A stretch of DNA of 64,000 nt from an uncultured bacterium (GTDB lineage Bacteria; CAYUVA01): contig CAYUVA010000007.1 of assembly GCA_964448115.1 (NCBI GenBank), positions 14,689 through 78,688 of the forward strand, read 5' to 3'. How positions within the stretch are numbered: the first letter of the stretch is position 1; each line of letters opens with the position of its first letter. The translations under genes were made by a program, and so were the position numbers. This document shows, in pieces, positions 37,825 to 48,131 of this stretch. The notes below the pieces were generated by a model. That model made no database searches. It was not told where the DNA came from and saw only the letters and a program-made list of their open reading frames with translations.

Positions 37825-40008
37825 TCACAACTGTGATTGAAATGCAATAGGGATATGCAATTTTTTTAAAAGAAAATCTGATCTGCCAAGAAGGAAAAAA
37901 CCGCAAAATAGCAATGTAAAACTGGTGATAAGGATGCCGGGTACAGATTTTGCCTTGAAGGAGAGTCTGCCCATTCCATTGCCCGGCATCTCGGCTTTCA
38001 TAAGCCAGTTTTCATCTGGAGCCAATGGAATGCTTTTGCCATTGAACTTCAACCTCCAAAGCGGATGATAGGCCATTTTTATAGCTATTCTATTATGCCG
38101 ATTTGCTTGATCAGCTAGCTGAAATTGAATTAGGTCGGTTTTGCTTAATAAAATCTTAATACTAACATCGGGGTCATCAGCACTGATCAATGCAGGGATA
38201 AATCGAGTTAACTTGAACAAGCAAAAAGAACCCTCACAGTGATTCATCTCGAAATACTCGCTGTTTTCGAGTATTTTATGCAGAGTCCGTTTTGGCTCCC
38301 ACAGGCGAGGTCCCTGCTTCTTCTTAAATAGCCCTCTTTTCACCTGGTCGCAGGTAACGATATAGCCGATATTGAACTTGCTGCAATAGCGTGCGATCTC
38401 AATATCTGATATCTTCCATAGCTTATTGCCAAACAATGAGCCATGATTGGTGCGAGTGATGTCGTTTATCGGGTATAGGAAAATCTTGCACCAACCGCCG
38501 ATGGAGGAAACCGCGCTGCGCTGCGAGGATAGAGCCATAATATGGCTGTTGGATAATGCTCCCTCCATGTTGCCATAGGTTGTCTGGTATAAGATACGGC
38601 CATGGCTGTGATCTAGATTTTTCTTGATATAATCCCAGAGCGACTCAAGGTCTTTAACCTGGGGCACCTGGCTGGAGACGCGCATCATACCTGGCATCCG
38701 AGCCGGATTGCGATAGGTGGCTAGGAAATTTATGCCCAATGCTGCGACCAATGCAATGGCTGCAAGTAGGATTACCCTTGCTTTTGTTGTCCTTAGGTTG
38801 ATGTTTTTTATGCTCATAATCATCCAATGCAGTTGCAGCGCTGCAAGCAGGTGAATGATCGCCTGGATAACGATGAGAAACCGCCGGCTGAAGAAACCCT
38901 GTAGCAGCCCCAACAAGGGCAGCGCGCGAAGCAACTCGGAGGAAACCCAATAGCCGCTGGTGATTATGATTGAAATCGCCCCTAGTAGCAAGAGGCTGCG
39001 AAGACCAAACCCAAGCCTAGCGCCACTAAAAGTGATAGCAGCAAAGCCAAGTAATGCCAAAAGGTCAATAACGATTACATGACTAAGCGGCGATAGCCCC
39101 TTATATAGTATCTTAAAAAGTTCACTAGGATTACCCTGACCTAAAAGATCTATGCCTTGCAGGATAACAAATTTAGGGATTCCTAGAATACTTAAAGGAA
39201 ACTCGAAGAAAAGACCATGGGCAATCGGCAACGGCTTGCCCGGCTCTGCTTGCGGCATCCATGAGGCAGTAGCTAAGATGGGGAGCAAATAGAATGCGCA
39301 TAAGCATAATGATAAAGAAGCCATTATTGCCAGCTTTACCAGTCTTTGACTAGTCCTGAGCCTTATTCTCTCCACAAATAAAAGCACAGCAATAAATATG
39401 AACCATAGCGCGGACATAAACAGGTGAGACAGTATCGCTAGCGCTCCCAGCAAGCCAGACACGATAATAACCTTAGCGTTCAGTCTATCTGCCCTTAAAA
39501 TTATGAATCGCATGGCGAGAAAGATTATCCCCAGGGCAAAAAATGTATTATATGTCCCCTTGAAGACCTCCCAGATAACCTCGGTTCTGGTTATGAAAAC
39601 TAGTGAGGTGATAAGCGACGGGAACCAACCCGCAAAGCAGCGACTTAGGTAGTATAATCCAACGCCACTCATCGCATAAGACAGAAGCACAACCAGCTTG
39701 TAAATAAACTCGAAATTAAAAGGGGATAAAAGCTTGATCAGGCATCCAAGCCAAAAGGTAGCCTGGTAGAAGTACATCTGGAATGGGAAGCCGGCAAAAT
39801 CCCAGTCGCACCAGCCGATGAACCATCCAGACAGGGGAAGCAGGTGATAATAAAGGTAATAAAACTCTGCGAGATGAACCGGGTGATCCAGGTAAAGAAG
39901 ATACCCCGGCTTGAATATATCCTTGCTGATGAGAAAGGCTACCAGGATGATGATAATGGCGCACAGAGTATCACGCCATTTCGCACCTTTATCTATTGTT
40001 CCATCCAA
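37825..40008 (-). CDS. Large polytopic membrane protein of unknown function (possibly GT-C-like or YfhO-like) in the pilus/secretion operon.
   Basis: About 14 predicted TM segments are followed by a soluble C-terminal domain of about 300 aa. It lies 20 nt downstream of pgk and 58 nt upstream of the pseudopilin gene. Confidence 0.4.
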   Translation of the reverse strand: MDGTIDKGAKWRDTLCAIIIILVAFLISKDIFKPGYLLYLDHPVHLAEFYYLYYHLLPLSGWFIGWCDWDFAGFPFQMYFYQATFWLGCLIKLLSPFNFEFIYKLVVLLSYAMSGVGLYYLSRCFAGWFPSLITSLVFITRTEVIWEVFKGTYNTFFALGIIFLAMRFIILRADRLNAKVIIVSGLLGALAILSHLFMSALWFIFIAVLLFVERIRLRTSQRLVKLAIMASLSLCLCAFYLLPILATASWMPQAEPGKPLPIAHGLFFEFPLSILGIPKFVILQGIDLLGQGNPSELFKILYKGLSPLSHVIVIDLLALLGFAAITFSGARLGFGLRSLLLLGAISIIITSGYWVSSELLRALPLLGLLQGFFSRRFLIVIQAIIHLLAALQLHWMIMSIKNINLRTTKARVILLAAIALVAALGINFLATYRNPARMPGMMRVSSQVPQVKDLESLWDYIKKNLDHSHGRILYQTTYGNMEGALSNSHIMALSSQRSAVSSIGGWCKIFLYPINDITRTNHGSLFGNKLWKISDIEIARYCSKFNIGYIVTCDQVKRGLFKKKQGPRLWEPKRTLHKILENSEYFEMNHCEGSFCLFKLTRFIPALISADDPDVSIKILLSKTDLIQFQLADQANRHNRIAIKMAYHPLWRLKFNGKSIPLAPDENWLMKAEMPGNGMGRLSFKAKSVPGILITSFTLLFCGFFLLGRSDFLLKKLHIPIAFQSQL

Positions 40009-40028
40009 GCTCTAGTTTTATATCTTGC

Positions 40029-41222
40029 TCATTCAATCAGCGCCTTGACCCCAGGGAGGATCTTCCCTTCCAGCAGCTCGATGGATGCGCCTCCGCCAGT
40101 GGAAATATGCTTGATCTTGTCTGCATAGCCTGATTTTTTAACTGCCGATGCGCTCTCGCCACCGCCTACAATTGAGACGGCGCAGCTTTTAGCTACAGCC
40201 TCGGCAACCGTGAATGTACCCTTTTCAAAGCCCTTGACCTCGAAGACGCCCATAGGTCCGTTCCAGACAATGGTGTTTGCATCAAGGATTACCTTAATGT
40301 AAAGCTCGATGGTTTTAGGACCTATATCGAAGACCTTCATCCCGGCTGGGATCTTGTCCTTGTCAGCGATTACTTTTTCTGCATCCTCGGTTGCTTGCTT
40401 GGCGCAGACATAATCTAGCGGAAGCAAGAACTTGAGGTCGCTTTTGGCTGATGCCTTTTCCATAATCTCCTTGGCGACCTTGATATCGTCCTCACCCAGA
40501 AGCTCGCTTTGTATATCAACACCCTCAAGTCTAAGGAAGGCATAGCATAAACCACCGCCGATCAGTATGCTATCGACCCGATGCAGCAGGTTGAGCACCA
40601 CAGCGATCTTGTCCGAGGCTTTTGCTCCGCCGAAGATGGCGATAAAAGGTTTTTTGGGATCTTTAAGAGCGCCTATTAGATAGCTAAGCTCCTTGTCCAT
40701 TAAAAAGCCAGCTACTTTTACCTTGAAGTACTCAGCCATGCCGGCGGTTGAGGCGTGTGCTCTGTGGGCAGCGCCAAAGGCATCGTTGACATAGATATCA
40801 GCCAACTCTGCCAGGGCTTTAGCCATATCTGGGTCATTATCGGTCTCTGCCTTGTGATAGCGGAGGTTCTCCAGGAGAAGGATCTCTCCAGGTTTCAACT
40901 GCTCAGCCAGCTTTTTTGCTTGCTCTCCGATGCAGTCCTCGGCGAAGTGCACCTTCATATCGAGGAGTTTTTCTAGGTGCTCTGCCACAGGCTTCAGGCT
41001 CATCTCGGGGACAACTTTACCCTTGGGTCTTCCCAGGTGCGAGGCTAGAATCACTTTAGCTCCATTGTCCAGTGCATACCGTATAGTGGGCAGGGCGGCG
41101 GTTATGCGCTTGTCATCGGCGACCTTAAGATCAGCAGTCAAGGGTACATTGAAATCGACCCGTATGAAGACGCGTTTATCCTTTACATCGATATCAGAGA
41201 TAACCTTGTAATCCCTAGCCAT
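40029..41222 (-). CDS. pgk: Phosphoglycerate kinase.
   Basis: [15 protein letters not shown] and GGGAS are PGK motifs, in a 397-aa protein. Confidence 0.9.
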   Translation of the reverse strand: MARDYKVISDIDVKDKRVFIRVDFNVPLTADLKVADDKRITAALPTIRYALDNGAKVILASHLGRPKGKVVPEMSLKPVAEHLEKLLDMKVHFAEDCIGEQAKKLAEQLKPGEILLLENLRYHKAETDNDPDMAKALAELADIYVNDAFGAAHRAHASTAGMAEYFKVKVAGFLMDKELSYLIGALKDPKKPFIAIFGGAKASDKIAVVLNLLHRVDSILIGGGLCYAFLRLEGVDIQSELLGEDDIKVAKEIMEKASAKSDLKFLLPLDYVCAKQATEDAEKVIADKDKIPAGMKVFDIGPKTIELYIKVILDANTIVWNGPMGVFEVKGFEKGTFTVAEAVAKSCAVSIVGGGESASAVKKSGYADKIKHISTGGGASIELLEGKILPGVKALIE

Positions 41223-41235
41223 CTTGATGCACCTC

Positions 41236-41997
41236 TTATTTGTCTTTCTCTTTACCCTTCATCATTTCCTCCAGAAACGGGGGCAAATCTTTATTTTTGC
41301 CCTGCTGCATCATCGCATCCATCATGAAGTTCTTTCTTTCGGTCATCTTAAAGTCCTTGGGAACCTTGAAGACAGAGGAATCGAGCTTCTTTTTCTCCAC
41401 TTTCTTAACCTCGCCTCGATTTTCCACCTTGAACATACCGAGGTCGCTAATGGTCTCGGATACGATGGGGAAACCTTTTATCTTCTCAAAAGGCTCAGCC
41501 ATCTCCTTGTCGCCCAGGTTCAAGATTTCATAATAGGCGGGACCGTCCTCGATCTTGATATCCTCGGTTGCCCAGATTGTGATGGTTACTCCAATGGGGC
41601 TTCCGGCTCTTTTAGCTTGGATGATGTATTTCTTGCACTTGAAGTCATTGATTGTCTTTTTCTCATCGGTCTGCCGCACCTGGTACTTGATCTCCATTGA
41701 TTGGGACATGGCAGAGGCTTGTTCCATCATCTGCTTGAGGTCTTCCTCGTAGTAAATCTTGTCCGCAGGCTCAACGGTGATCATCTTCATGTTCTCGTAA
41801 TCGAAGATTGTGTAATTGCCAGCCTCATCGAGAACCTTCATCTTTTTTCCCTGGATATAGACTCGGTTCTCCACAGTAGATGATCCTTGTGGGGTTTTAA
41901 CTGTCGTCTCCTGCACTATCTCATACCCGGCATGAGCGATAGGACACAAAGAGACTAGAAAAACGAGCATAACAGTTAGCTGGAGAAGTTTTCTCAT
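41236..41997 (-). CDS. Secreted hypothetical protein with a Met-rich C-terminal tail.
   Basis: The signal peptide is [23 protein letters not shown], and the C-terminus is [29 protein letters not shown]. Confidence 0.5.
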   Translation of the reverse strand: MRKLLQLTVMLVFLVSLCPIAHAGYEIVQETTVKTPQGSSTVENRVYIQGKKMKVLDEAGNYTIFDYENMKMITVEPADKIYYEEDLKQMMEQASAMSQSMEIKYQVRQTDEKKTINDFKCKKYIIQAKRAGSPIGVTITIWATEDIKIEDGPAYYEILNLGDKEMAEPFEKIKGFPIVSETISDLGMFKVENRGEVKKVEKKKLDSSVFKVPKDFKMTERKNFMMDAMMQQGKNKDLPPFLEEMMKGKEKDK

Positions 41998-42068
41998 AGC
42001 TTATCCTCCTACTTACCTTTAGGTTTACAATAAATATCCTAAATCAAACCCTGACCCTTTTCAAATAC

Positions 42069-43481
42069 TTGATAATCAAGTCAGTAGGCTTTATATTAAA
42101 AGCAGTGAACGAGATAATGCGAACCGGAGAGAAGATCCCCTACCTGGTACTTCGGGTTATAGATGTGGCAACACTACTTGTTCTTTTATGGAGCAGCTCC
42201 TGTTTGGGTGCAGACTGCGCTGACTACGATATGTTCGAGCCGAACGATACATACCAGCAAGCCACCTTTATTAGCACCAACGGCGATCCTATCCAGGAGT
42301 ATATCTGCAACCTTACCGATAGGGACTGGCATATCTTCTATGCGCACCAGGGGAATGCCTACCAGATCTATACCTCACGGCTCGGACCTGGGGTTAAGAC
42401 TGCTATATTCCTTTATGATCCTTCGGCTGGGGAGATCTTGCAAGTTGCCGAACCGGATGCTGATACAGGGGAGGCGTCTCTTTCCTATTCATTTACCTCA
42501 GCGGCTGCGTACTACTTTGAGGTGAGACCGAGCAGTTCAAGCGCCTATGGCGAACAGGCTGATTACAACATCCAGTGCATCGCAAGCACCTTCACCCCCA
42601 GCCCGACTCGCACTCCAACCTTGACCCCAACAGAATCTCCAACCAGCACGCAAACACCAACAGCAACCTGGACACACAAACCGACATGTACAGCAACGCC
42701 GACTCCGTCTAGCACCCCTTCAGCAACCCCGACCGGCACCCCTTGCTCGAATGATGATATCTACGAGCCGAACGACACTATGCAGGAGGCAAAGGGTCCC
42801 CTGGTGCCTTATGCCGAGTATGTCCAATTATTCTGTAGCCAGACCGACAAGGATTGGTTTTATATAGATCGCATGGATGATCGATGGTTGCACATACAGA
42901 CCCGCTGGCTGCAAGAGGGCGTGGATACCATCCTTTTCGTATATCGAAGCGATGGCTTTGGAACCATTGCCATAAACGATGATGATCCCGCAAGAGCCGG
43001 CACCAGCGATCGCTATGCCAGCTCGGTTATCATTCCACCCCCTGGGGCGCATAATGAGCCATTCTATGTGGTGGTCGCACCTAGCATCAACCATCCGAGC
43101 AAAGAGGACTCGCTGGTGGGAAAAGGGAGCCTATACCAGCTTTACATGAGTTACTATTCATCCCCGCCGGTCACCTACACGCCGACTCCGTACCCAAGCG
43201 GATATGCGCCTGGGATCTTGGCTGCCGGCTATTTGGATACGAGGCTATCAAGCAGCGAATACACCCACACATTATCGATATTCGCTTTCACAGAGGATGT
43301 CTGCATGACGGTCTGGGGTCTGTATATCCTGGAGACCACCGATGGGCGCAGCCATTTTTTGCGCTCCATTTTCCAGGGGGATCTTAGTCCTTATGCGCAT
43401 AGCAAGGTTCTGGTCGATCTGTGGAGCTTCAAGGCGAACTACGCGCCGAACAGGGGATTTTACCTGCAAGTCAATCCCTGA
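42069..43481 (+). CDS. Secreted protein with two PPC (pre-peptidase C-terminal)-like domains, a PT-rich linker and the shared C-terminal domain.
   Basis: The hydrophobic N-terminus may start at the internal Met near 42117. There are two EPNDT...D(R/K)DW(H/F) units ([10 protein letters not shown]...DRDWHIFY and [10 protein letters not shown]...DKDWFYIDR). A linker [19 protein letters not shown]...TPTGTP is followed by [13 protein letters not shown]...LWSFKANY. Confidence 0.65.
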   Translation: MIIKSVGFILKAVNEIMRTGEKIPYLVLRVIDVATLLVLLWSSSCLGADCADYDMFEPNDTYQQATFISTNGDPIQEYICNLTDRDWHIFYAHQGNAYQIYTSRLGPGVKTAIFLYDPSAGEILQVAEPDADTGEASLSYSFTSAAAYYFEVRPSSSSAYGEQADYNIQCIASTFTPSPTRTPTLTPTESPTSTQTPTATWTHKPTCTATPTPSSTPSATPTGTPCSNDDIYEPNDTMQEAKGPLVPYAEYVQLFCSQTDKDWFYIDRMDDRWLHIQTRWLQEGVDTILFVYRSDGFGTIAINDDDPARAGTSDRYASSVIIPPPGAHNEPFYVVVAPSINHPSKEDSLVGKGSLYQLYMSYYSSPPVTYTPTPYPSGYAPGILAAGYLDTRLSSSEYTHTLSIFAFTEDVCMTVWGLYILETTDGRSHFLRSIFQGDLSPYAHSKVLVDLWSFKANYAPNRGFYLQVNP

Positions 43482-43641
43482 GATAGTTAAGGCGCTAGGA
43501 GCTAGGCTTAAGTGGTATGAGTCAACTAGCCACAAAGGCACAAGGGAAGAAGCTCACCCAAAGGGGCAAAGAGGGAAAGAGATTGCAAAGTTATGGATAA
43601 GTTAACTGGTTCATCGGTGATCCAGTTTAAAACGACTACTA

Positions 43642-46167
43642 TTATGAGGATAAAATGCGCTTAATGTAATCCTTCAATATTATAAGATCTATCCATGGTG
43701 ACATATTAAGCATATAAATAAGGTCATATTTCAGCGTTATCTGCTCTTGGGTATTATAGGATCTATTAACTTGGGCAAGCCCGGTGATGCCGGGCTTTAT
43801 CTTGAACCGAAGGCTGTAGGCTGGTATTTGCTGCTTGAAGGCCTGCACCGCCACGATACGCTCCGGTTGGGGTCCGACCATGGACATATCCCCCTTGAGC
43901 ACATTGAAAAGCTGGGGTAGCCCGTCAATATGCAGCCTGCGCAGCAACCTTCCCCAGCTAGGCATTTCCTGGGATGTCATATCAGGTAGCTCGGGGACTG
44001 AATCTTGCCCCGGCATGACCCGGAAGCGCAGAAGGTTAAATGGCTCCTCATCAAGTCCAAGGCGCGGATAGCGGCACAAGACCCCGCTTTTATCGTGCAA
44101 TAGGATCAGCACGCAAGCTGCTGCCATCAATGGAGATGAGAGGATAATGAAGATAGCTGATGCGATAATATCAAAGGCTCGCTTCCATAGCCTCGGCGAG
44201 GCGGTCTGGTAGCGCGACTGCAGGCTGATGAGCGGAAGATCGCCGACCAATCTAAGCTTTATCCTGCCTACTAACATCTCATAGAGGTGAGGGACGAAGT
44301 TCAGCTCCACATCTACATCTTCAAGGTTGAAAAGCTCCCTAAGCGTTTTCTCCTGGAAGCTGTCCGGCGGTGAGATGATGACCTGGTCGATGCTGTAGTT
44401 GCGCACTATATCGTAAAGTTCATCCCTGGTGCCAAGGTGTGTTATACCAGGGATAACCGCCTCCTTGTCATCGGCGATCTGCCCCACCACCTGCATCCCC
44501 AGATAAGGTTTATCCTTGATGGTCTGATAGACAGTATTGATGTCCTGATCCTCGCCGACCAGCGCGACTCGGCGATAGACCTTTGGCAGGTAGAATGTCC
44601 TGCCGATGAAGGTGTGCCAGCCGGTGATAAACAGTATCGATAGCGCCCAGGCGATGATGACCACGAGTCGAGGGAAGTTAAACGGCGCCACGATGAAAAA
44701 CCGGTAGGAAAGGTAAGCCAGAAAGACTATGGACACGCTTTGCAGTATCTTGGGGAAGACGATGCTCTCGTAGCCGTGTTCTTCGGGGTCATCATAGCGC
44801 CCGCTGAAGTAAAATATGATAAGCTGTAGCGTTGTGATGATATAAAGATAATCGTAATACTCCATAAAATTGACCTTGGGTATCCTGCCCCCGAAGCGCA
44901 CTAAAAATGCACATACAAAGGCGAGGTTGATCAGGATCGCATCCCCTGCTGCTAATAGGGCAGGGATCCTCTTTCTCAGCCTTTTTCTCACCGAGTGAAG
45001 CCCATCCCTATAGACCTTCTCGGTGCGCTGGACGGTCTGCTTCAGTGTAAAGCGTTCCTTTATTGTTTTCTTGGCGTTTTCGCCCATTATCTTTCGATTC
45101 ATAGGCTCAGCGACCAATTTTTCGATAGCCTGAATCAGCTCACCAACACTTCCAGGCTCCACAAGCAGTCCATCCAATCCATTGGTGATAAGCTCTGGTA
45201 TATCCCCGACCCTGGTTGCAATTATGGCTTTTCCAGCAGCCATGGCTTCTAAAACTGCATACGGCATAGCCTCGTATAATGAGGGATGGATAAATATGTC
45301 TATAGCGGCTAGTAGTTGCGGTATATCTTCTCTGAAGCCGGTGAAGATGATCCTATCCTGCAAGCTTTTTTGTTTTGTCCATTTCTTGTATCGCTCCATC
45401 ATCTCACCGCCGCCGATTAATAGTAGCCTAAGTTTATCGTTTCTTTTTATAAGCACCTCAACAGCACTCAGCAGATAGGGGATCCCCTTCTCATCGATCA
45501 TGCGGCTGACCATTCCAAGGACAATGTGATCCTCGCTAAAGCCGAGACTCTCCCTGGTGGTAGCTCTTTTTTCCTCGCTGAACTCCTCTATTGCCACTCC
45601 ATTGGCTATCTGCGCCAATCGTTTGGCAGATATTATCCCCTCAGCCAACGCCTGTTCCATATCCTTGGCAGATACGCAGATCACCTTGCGGGAAAAGATG
45701 CCAGCAACGAACTCGATGGTCTTGAACAACCATCGCTGAAGCCTTCTTTCTGTTGGGGTGAAACTGAAGCCGTGCACGGTGAAGATGATAAATGGCACTC
45801 CGGCAAAGTAGGCGCCGAGACGACCCAGAAAGCCTGCTTTGCTGCTGTGTGCATGCACGATATCTGGCTTCTCCTTCTTACATACTTTATACAATTGATA
45901 AAGGGATCTAAGGTCATTAATCAGGCTTATCTCTCGGCGCAGAAAGGGAAGCGGGATATGGCGAATGCCCTGTTTTTTCAGGTAATCGACCAGGACCCCG
46001 CTTGGGGGACAGGCAACGGTTAGCTCATAAGTATCACCATCAAGCTGGCTCACCAGGTGTTTGAGATGCGTCTGTGCGCCTCCGAAATCAGCCAGGGTGA
46101 TAATATAGAGGATCTTTATGACCCGAATGCCTTGTTCGCTAGCTGGTTTGGTCATACTATTTACCAT
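43642..46167 (-). CDS. Fusion of a GT4 glycosyltransferase (N-terminal) with a polyprenyl-phosphate sugar phosphotransferase (C-terminal Bac_transf / WbaP-like initiating transferase).
   Basis: The N-terminal 370 aa are GT-B/GT4-like (GGAQTHL, EAMAAGKAIIATRVGDIPELI). A TM region and Rossmann-like segment follow. The C-terminal domain has PGITGLAQV and RFK/YD motifs typical of bacterial sugar transferases. Confidence 0.7.
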   Translation of the reverse strand: MVNSMTKPASEQGIRVIKILYIITLADFGGAQTHLKHLVSQLDGDTYELTVACPPSGVLVDYLKKQGIRHIPLPFLRREISLINDLRSLYQLYKVCKKEKPDIVHAHSSKAGFLGRLGAYFAGVPFIIFTVHGFSFTPTERRLQRWLFKTIEFVAGIFSRKVICVSAKDMEQALAEGIISAKRLAQIANGVAIEEFSEEKRATTRESLGFSEDHIVLGMVSRMIDEKGIPYLLSAVEVLIKRNDKLRLLLIGGGEMMERYKKWTKQKSLQDRIIFTGFREDIPQLLAAIDIFIHPSLYEAMPYAVLEAMAAGKAIIATRVGDIPELITNGLDGLLVEPGSVGELIQAIEKLVAEPMNRKIMGENAKKTIKERFTLKQTVQRTEKVYRDGLHSVRKRLRKRIPALLAAGDAILINLAFVCAFLVRFGGRIPKVNFMEYYDYLYIITTLQLIIFYFSGRYDDPEEHGYESIVFPKILQSVSIVFLAYLSYRFFIVAPFNFPRLVVIIAWALSILFITGWHTFIGRTFYLPKVYRRVALVGEDQDINTVYQTIKDKPYLGMQVVGQIADDKEAVIPGITHLGTRDELYDIVRNYSIDQVIISPPDSFQEKTLRELFNLEDVDVELNFVPHLYEMLVGRIKLRLVGDLPLISLQSRYQTASPRLWKRAFDIIASAIFIILSSPLMAAACVLILLHDKSGVLCRYPRLGLDEEPFNLLRFRVMPGQDSVPELPDMTSQEMPSWGRLLRRLHIDGLPQLFNVLKGDMSMVGPQPERIVAVQAFKQQIPAYSLRFKIKPGITGLAQVNRSYNTQEQITLKYDLIYMLNMSPWIDLIILKDYIKRILSS

Positions 46168-46453
46168 TGCTCGCAGTGAGTCTATTTAGACAGTATAGAA
46201 CAAATAAGCGGAAAGGTCATGGGTTGAAATAGGCGTGAGATGTGAGGCTTGGGGAAGGATTAGTCCCCATCCTAGCGGGGGCAGCCACCCCTATTTTTCA
46301 AGGGGGGATTGCCTATTACCTTAGACCTCTTCCAAATAGATGAAATTTATCAAAATAGTATTAAAAAGTTAAATTATAAATATTTAATTAATTAATACTA
46401 AATTTTTATTATCATGATAATTAACTGTAAATGTCGATAACTGCTTTTAAAAA

Positions 46454-46471
46454 ATGTTCCACATGGAACAT
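46454..46471. promoter_or_regulatory. Perfect 18-bp palindrome ATGTTCCA-CA-TGGAACAT, a candidate operator.
   Basis: Seen directly in the 413-nt intergenic region upstream of the GT4 fusion gene, next to an AT-rich tract of about 120 nt. Confidence 0.35.
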
Positions 46472-46580
46472 CTTGCGAGAATAGGGGATCCGTGATTTCG
46501 GAACTGAGGTTAATTGATATATTAGGAGCAGGAAATGGGAACAGAATGAACAACAAAAAAACCACGAGAGCTTGAATTCG

Positions 46581-48131
46581 TTATAAGAGTCCCAATTCTT
46601 CTGCCTTGAAGATGATCTCCTTAGCAAGCGGTGCAGCCACGGTCCCGCCATAGCCTGCGTTCTCGATTATGATACAAACTGCGACGGTTGGCTCATTTGC
46701 AGGCGCATAGCAGACGAACCAGGCATGGTCCTTGCCGCGTGGATTCTCGGCAGTGCTTGTCTTTCCTGCAATGGGGATGCGCCTCGTCTTGGCGTGGATG
46801 CCGGTTCCTCGGTTCACCACATTCTTGAGCATTATTCCGATGCGATCAGCGATTGAAGGGGTGATTCCTTTTGCCAGATATTCGACCTCTTGATCCTTTA
46901 TAATGGTAGGGCGAAGTATCTTGCCTCCATTGGCGATGCTGGAGATCACCAATGCTAGATGCAACGGCGTGGCAAGCACCTTGTACTGCCCGATGGCAGT
47001 CCTTGCCAGGCTGCCTGGCTCCTTATCGAGGTCGGTTGGAAGCTCGGAGGTAGCTATTGACATTAGATCATCCTTCAATTCCCCCTCGAATAAGGTGAAT
47101 CGGTGGTTAAATCCGAATGATGTTGCCGTCTTGTATAGCTTGTTTGCGCCTAATTCCTCCCCGAGCCTGGCGAAGTAAGAGTTGGATGACCTCTCCATAG
47201 CCTCGTTCATGCCTATCAAGCCATGTCCATTCCAGGTTGTCCCTTTTCGTTGAGCCTCGTAATACTCGTGATCGCGGATATATAAACCACCGCCCTTGGG
47301 CAGGTATCCTTGTGCCTCGCATTTATATTTAGGGGTAAGCCCGGTTTCCAATGCTGCCGCTGCGGTTACGATCTTGAAGATGGACCCGGGGGGATAAAGT
47401 CCCTGCAAGGCTCGATTCAACAACGGCGCATCAGGATCGTTCTTCAGGCTCTCGAAGTAGGCTTTATTTATCTTCTGGGGATCGAATGAAGGATACGAAA
47501 CGCACGCAAGAAGCTCGCCGTTTATTGGATTCAAAACTACGATAGCCCCTTTTCTCTTGTCAAGCATGTCATAGCAAAAAAGCTGCAACCGACTATCGAT
47601 GGTCAATACCAGGTCGTTTCCTCTTACCGGCTCCTTGAAGATACCATTTCTTACAAAGCGTATGATCTCTGCAAGACCACCTAACGATCTGCCCATGAGG
47701 TAGTCATCGAAAACGCCCTCCAGCCCCGCCTTGTCGTAGATTGGATGATCATACCCGGTGATGTGCGCCGCTGCCTGGTGTAGTCTGTAATATCGGTGAA
47801 TAGAGCCATCGGTGGTCATTTCCTCATCCACAATCGGCTCCATGTTACGATCATATATCCTGCCTCGGAAGTACTTGATCTTTTTTGCCATAGGGCGTCT
47901 ATCCAGCTTAGCCTGGGTATTAGCAAAATCGCCATTAAGGTGTCCAAAGAATTGCCACTTGGATTGTTGCAGCATAACCAAGCAAAATGCGGTAATAAAT
48001 AAGCCGACCAGGTGATCCTTGAACTGGAGTGCTTGTGCGGATAAAGGCTCCCTGTGCCGCAAAAACAGTAGGATGGTATAATAGAGCAGCAGCACGGCAG
48101 TGAAGCTCAGGATAATGGCGATAAATCTCAT
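46581..48131 (-). CDS. Peptidoglycan D,D-transpeptidase (penicillin-binding protein 2 / FtsI family).
   Basis: An N-terminal TM anchor is followed by a transpeptidase domain with SxxK (GSIFKIV), SxN (SSNSYF) and a KTG-like (AGKTSTA) motif. Confidence 0.75.
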   Translation of the reverse strand: MRFIAIILSFTAVLLLYYTILLFLRHREPLSAQALQFKDHLVGLFITAFCLVMLQQSKWQFFGHLNGDFANTQAKLDRRPMAKKIKYFRGRIYDRNMEPIVDEEMTTDGSIHRYYRLHQAAAHITGYDHPIYDKAGLEGVFDDYLMGRSLGGLAEIIRFVRNGIFKEPVRGNDLVLTIDSRLQLFCYDMLDKRKGAIVVLNPINGELLACVSYPSFDPQKINKAYFESLKNDPDAPLLNRALQGLYPPGSIFKIVTAAAALETGLTPKYKCEAQGYLPKGGGLYIRDHEYYEAQRKGTTWNGHGLIGMNEAMERSSNSYFARLGEELGANKLYKTATSFGFNHRFTLFEGELKDDLMSIATSELPTDLDKEPGSLARTAIGQYKVLATPLHLALVISSIANGGKILRPTIIKDQEVEYLAKGITPSIADRIGIMLKNVVNRGTGIHAKTRRIPIAGKTSTAENPRGKDHAWFVCYAPANEPTVAVCIIIENAGYGGTVAAPLAKEIIFKAEELGLL

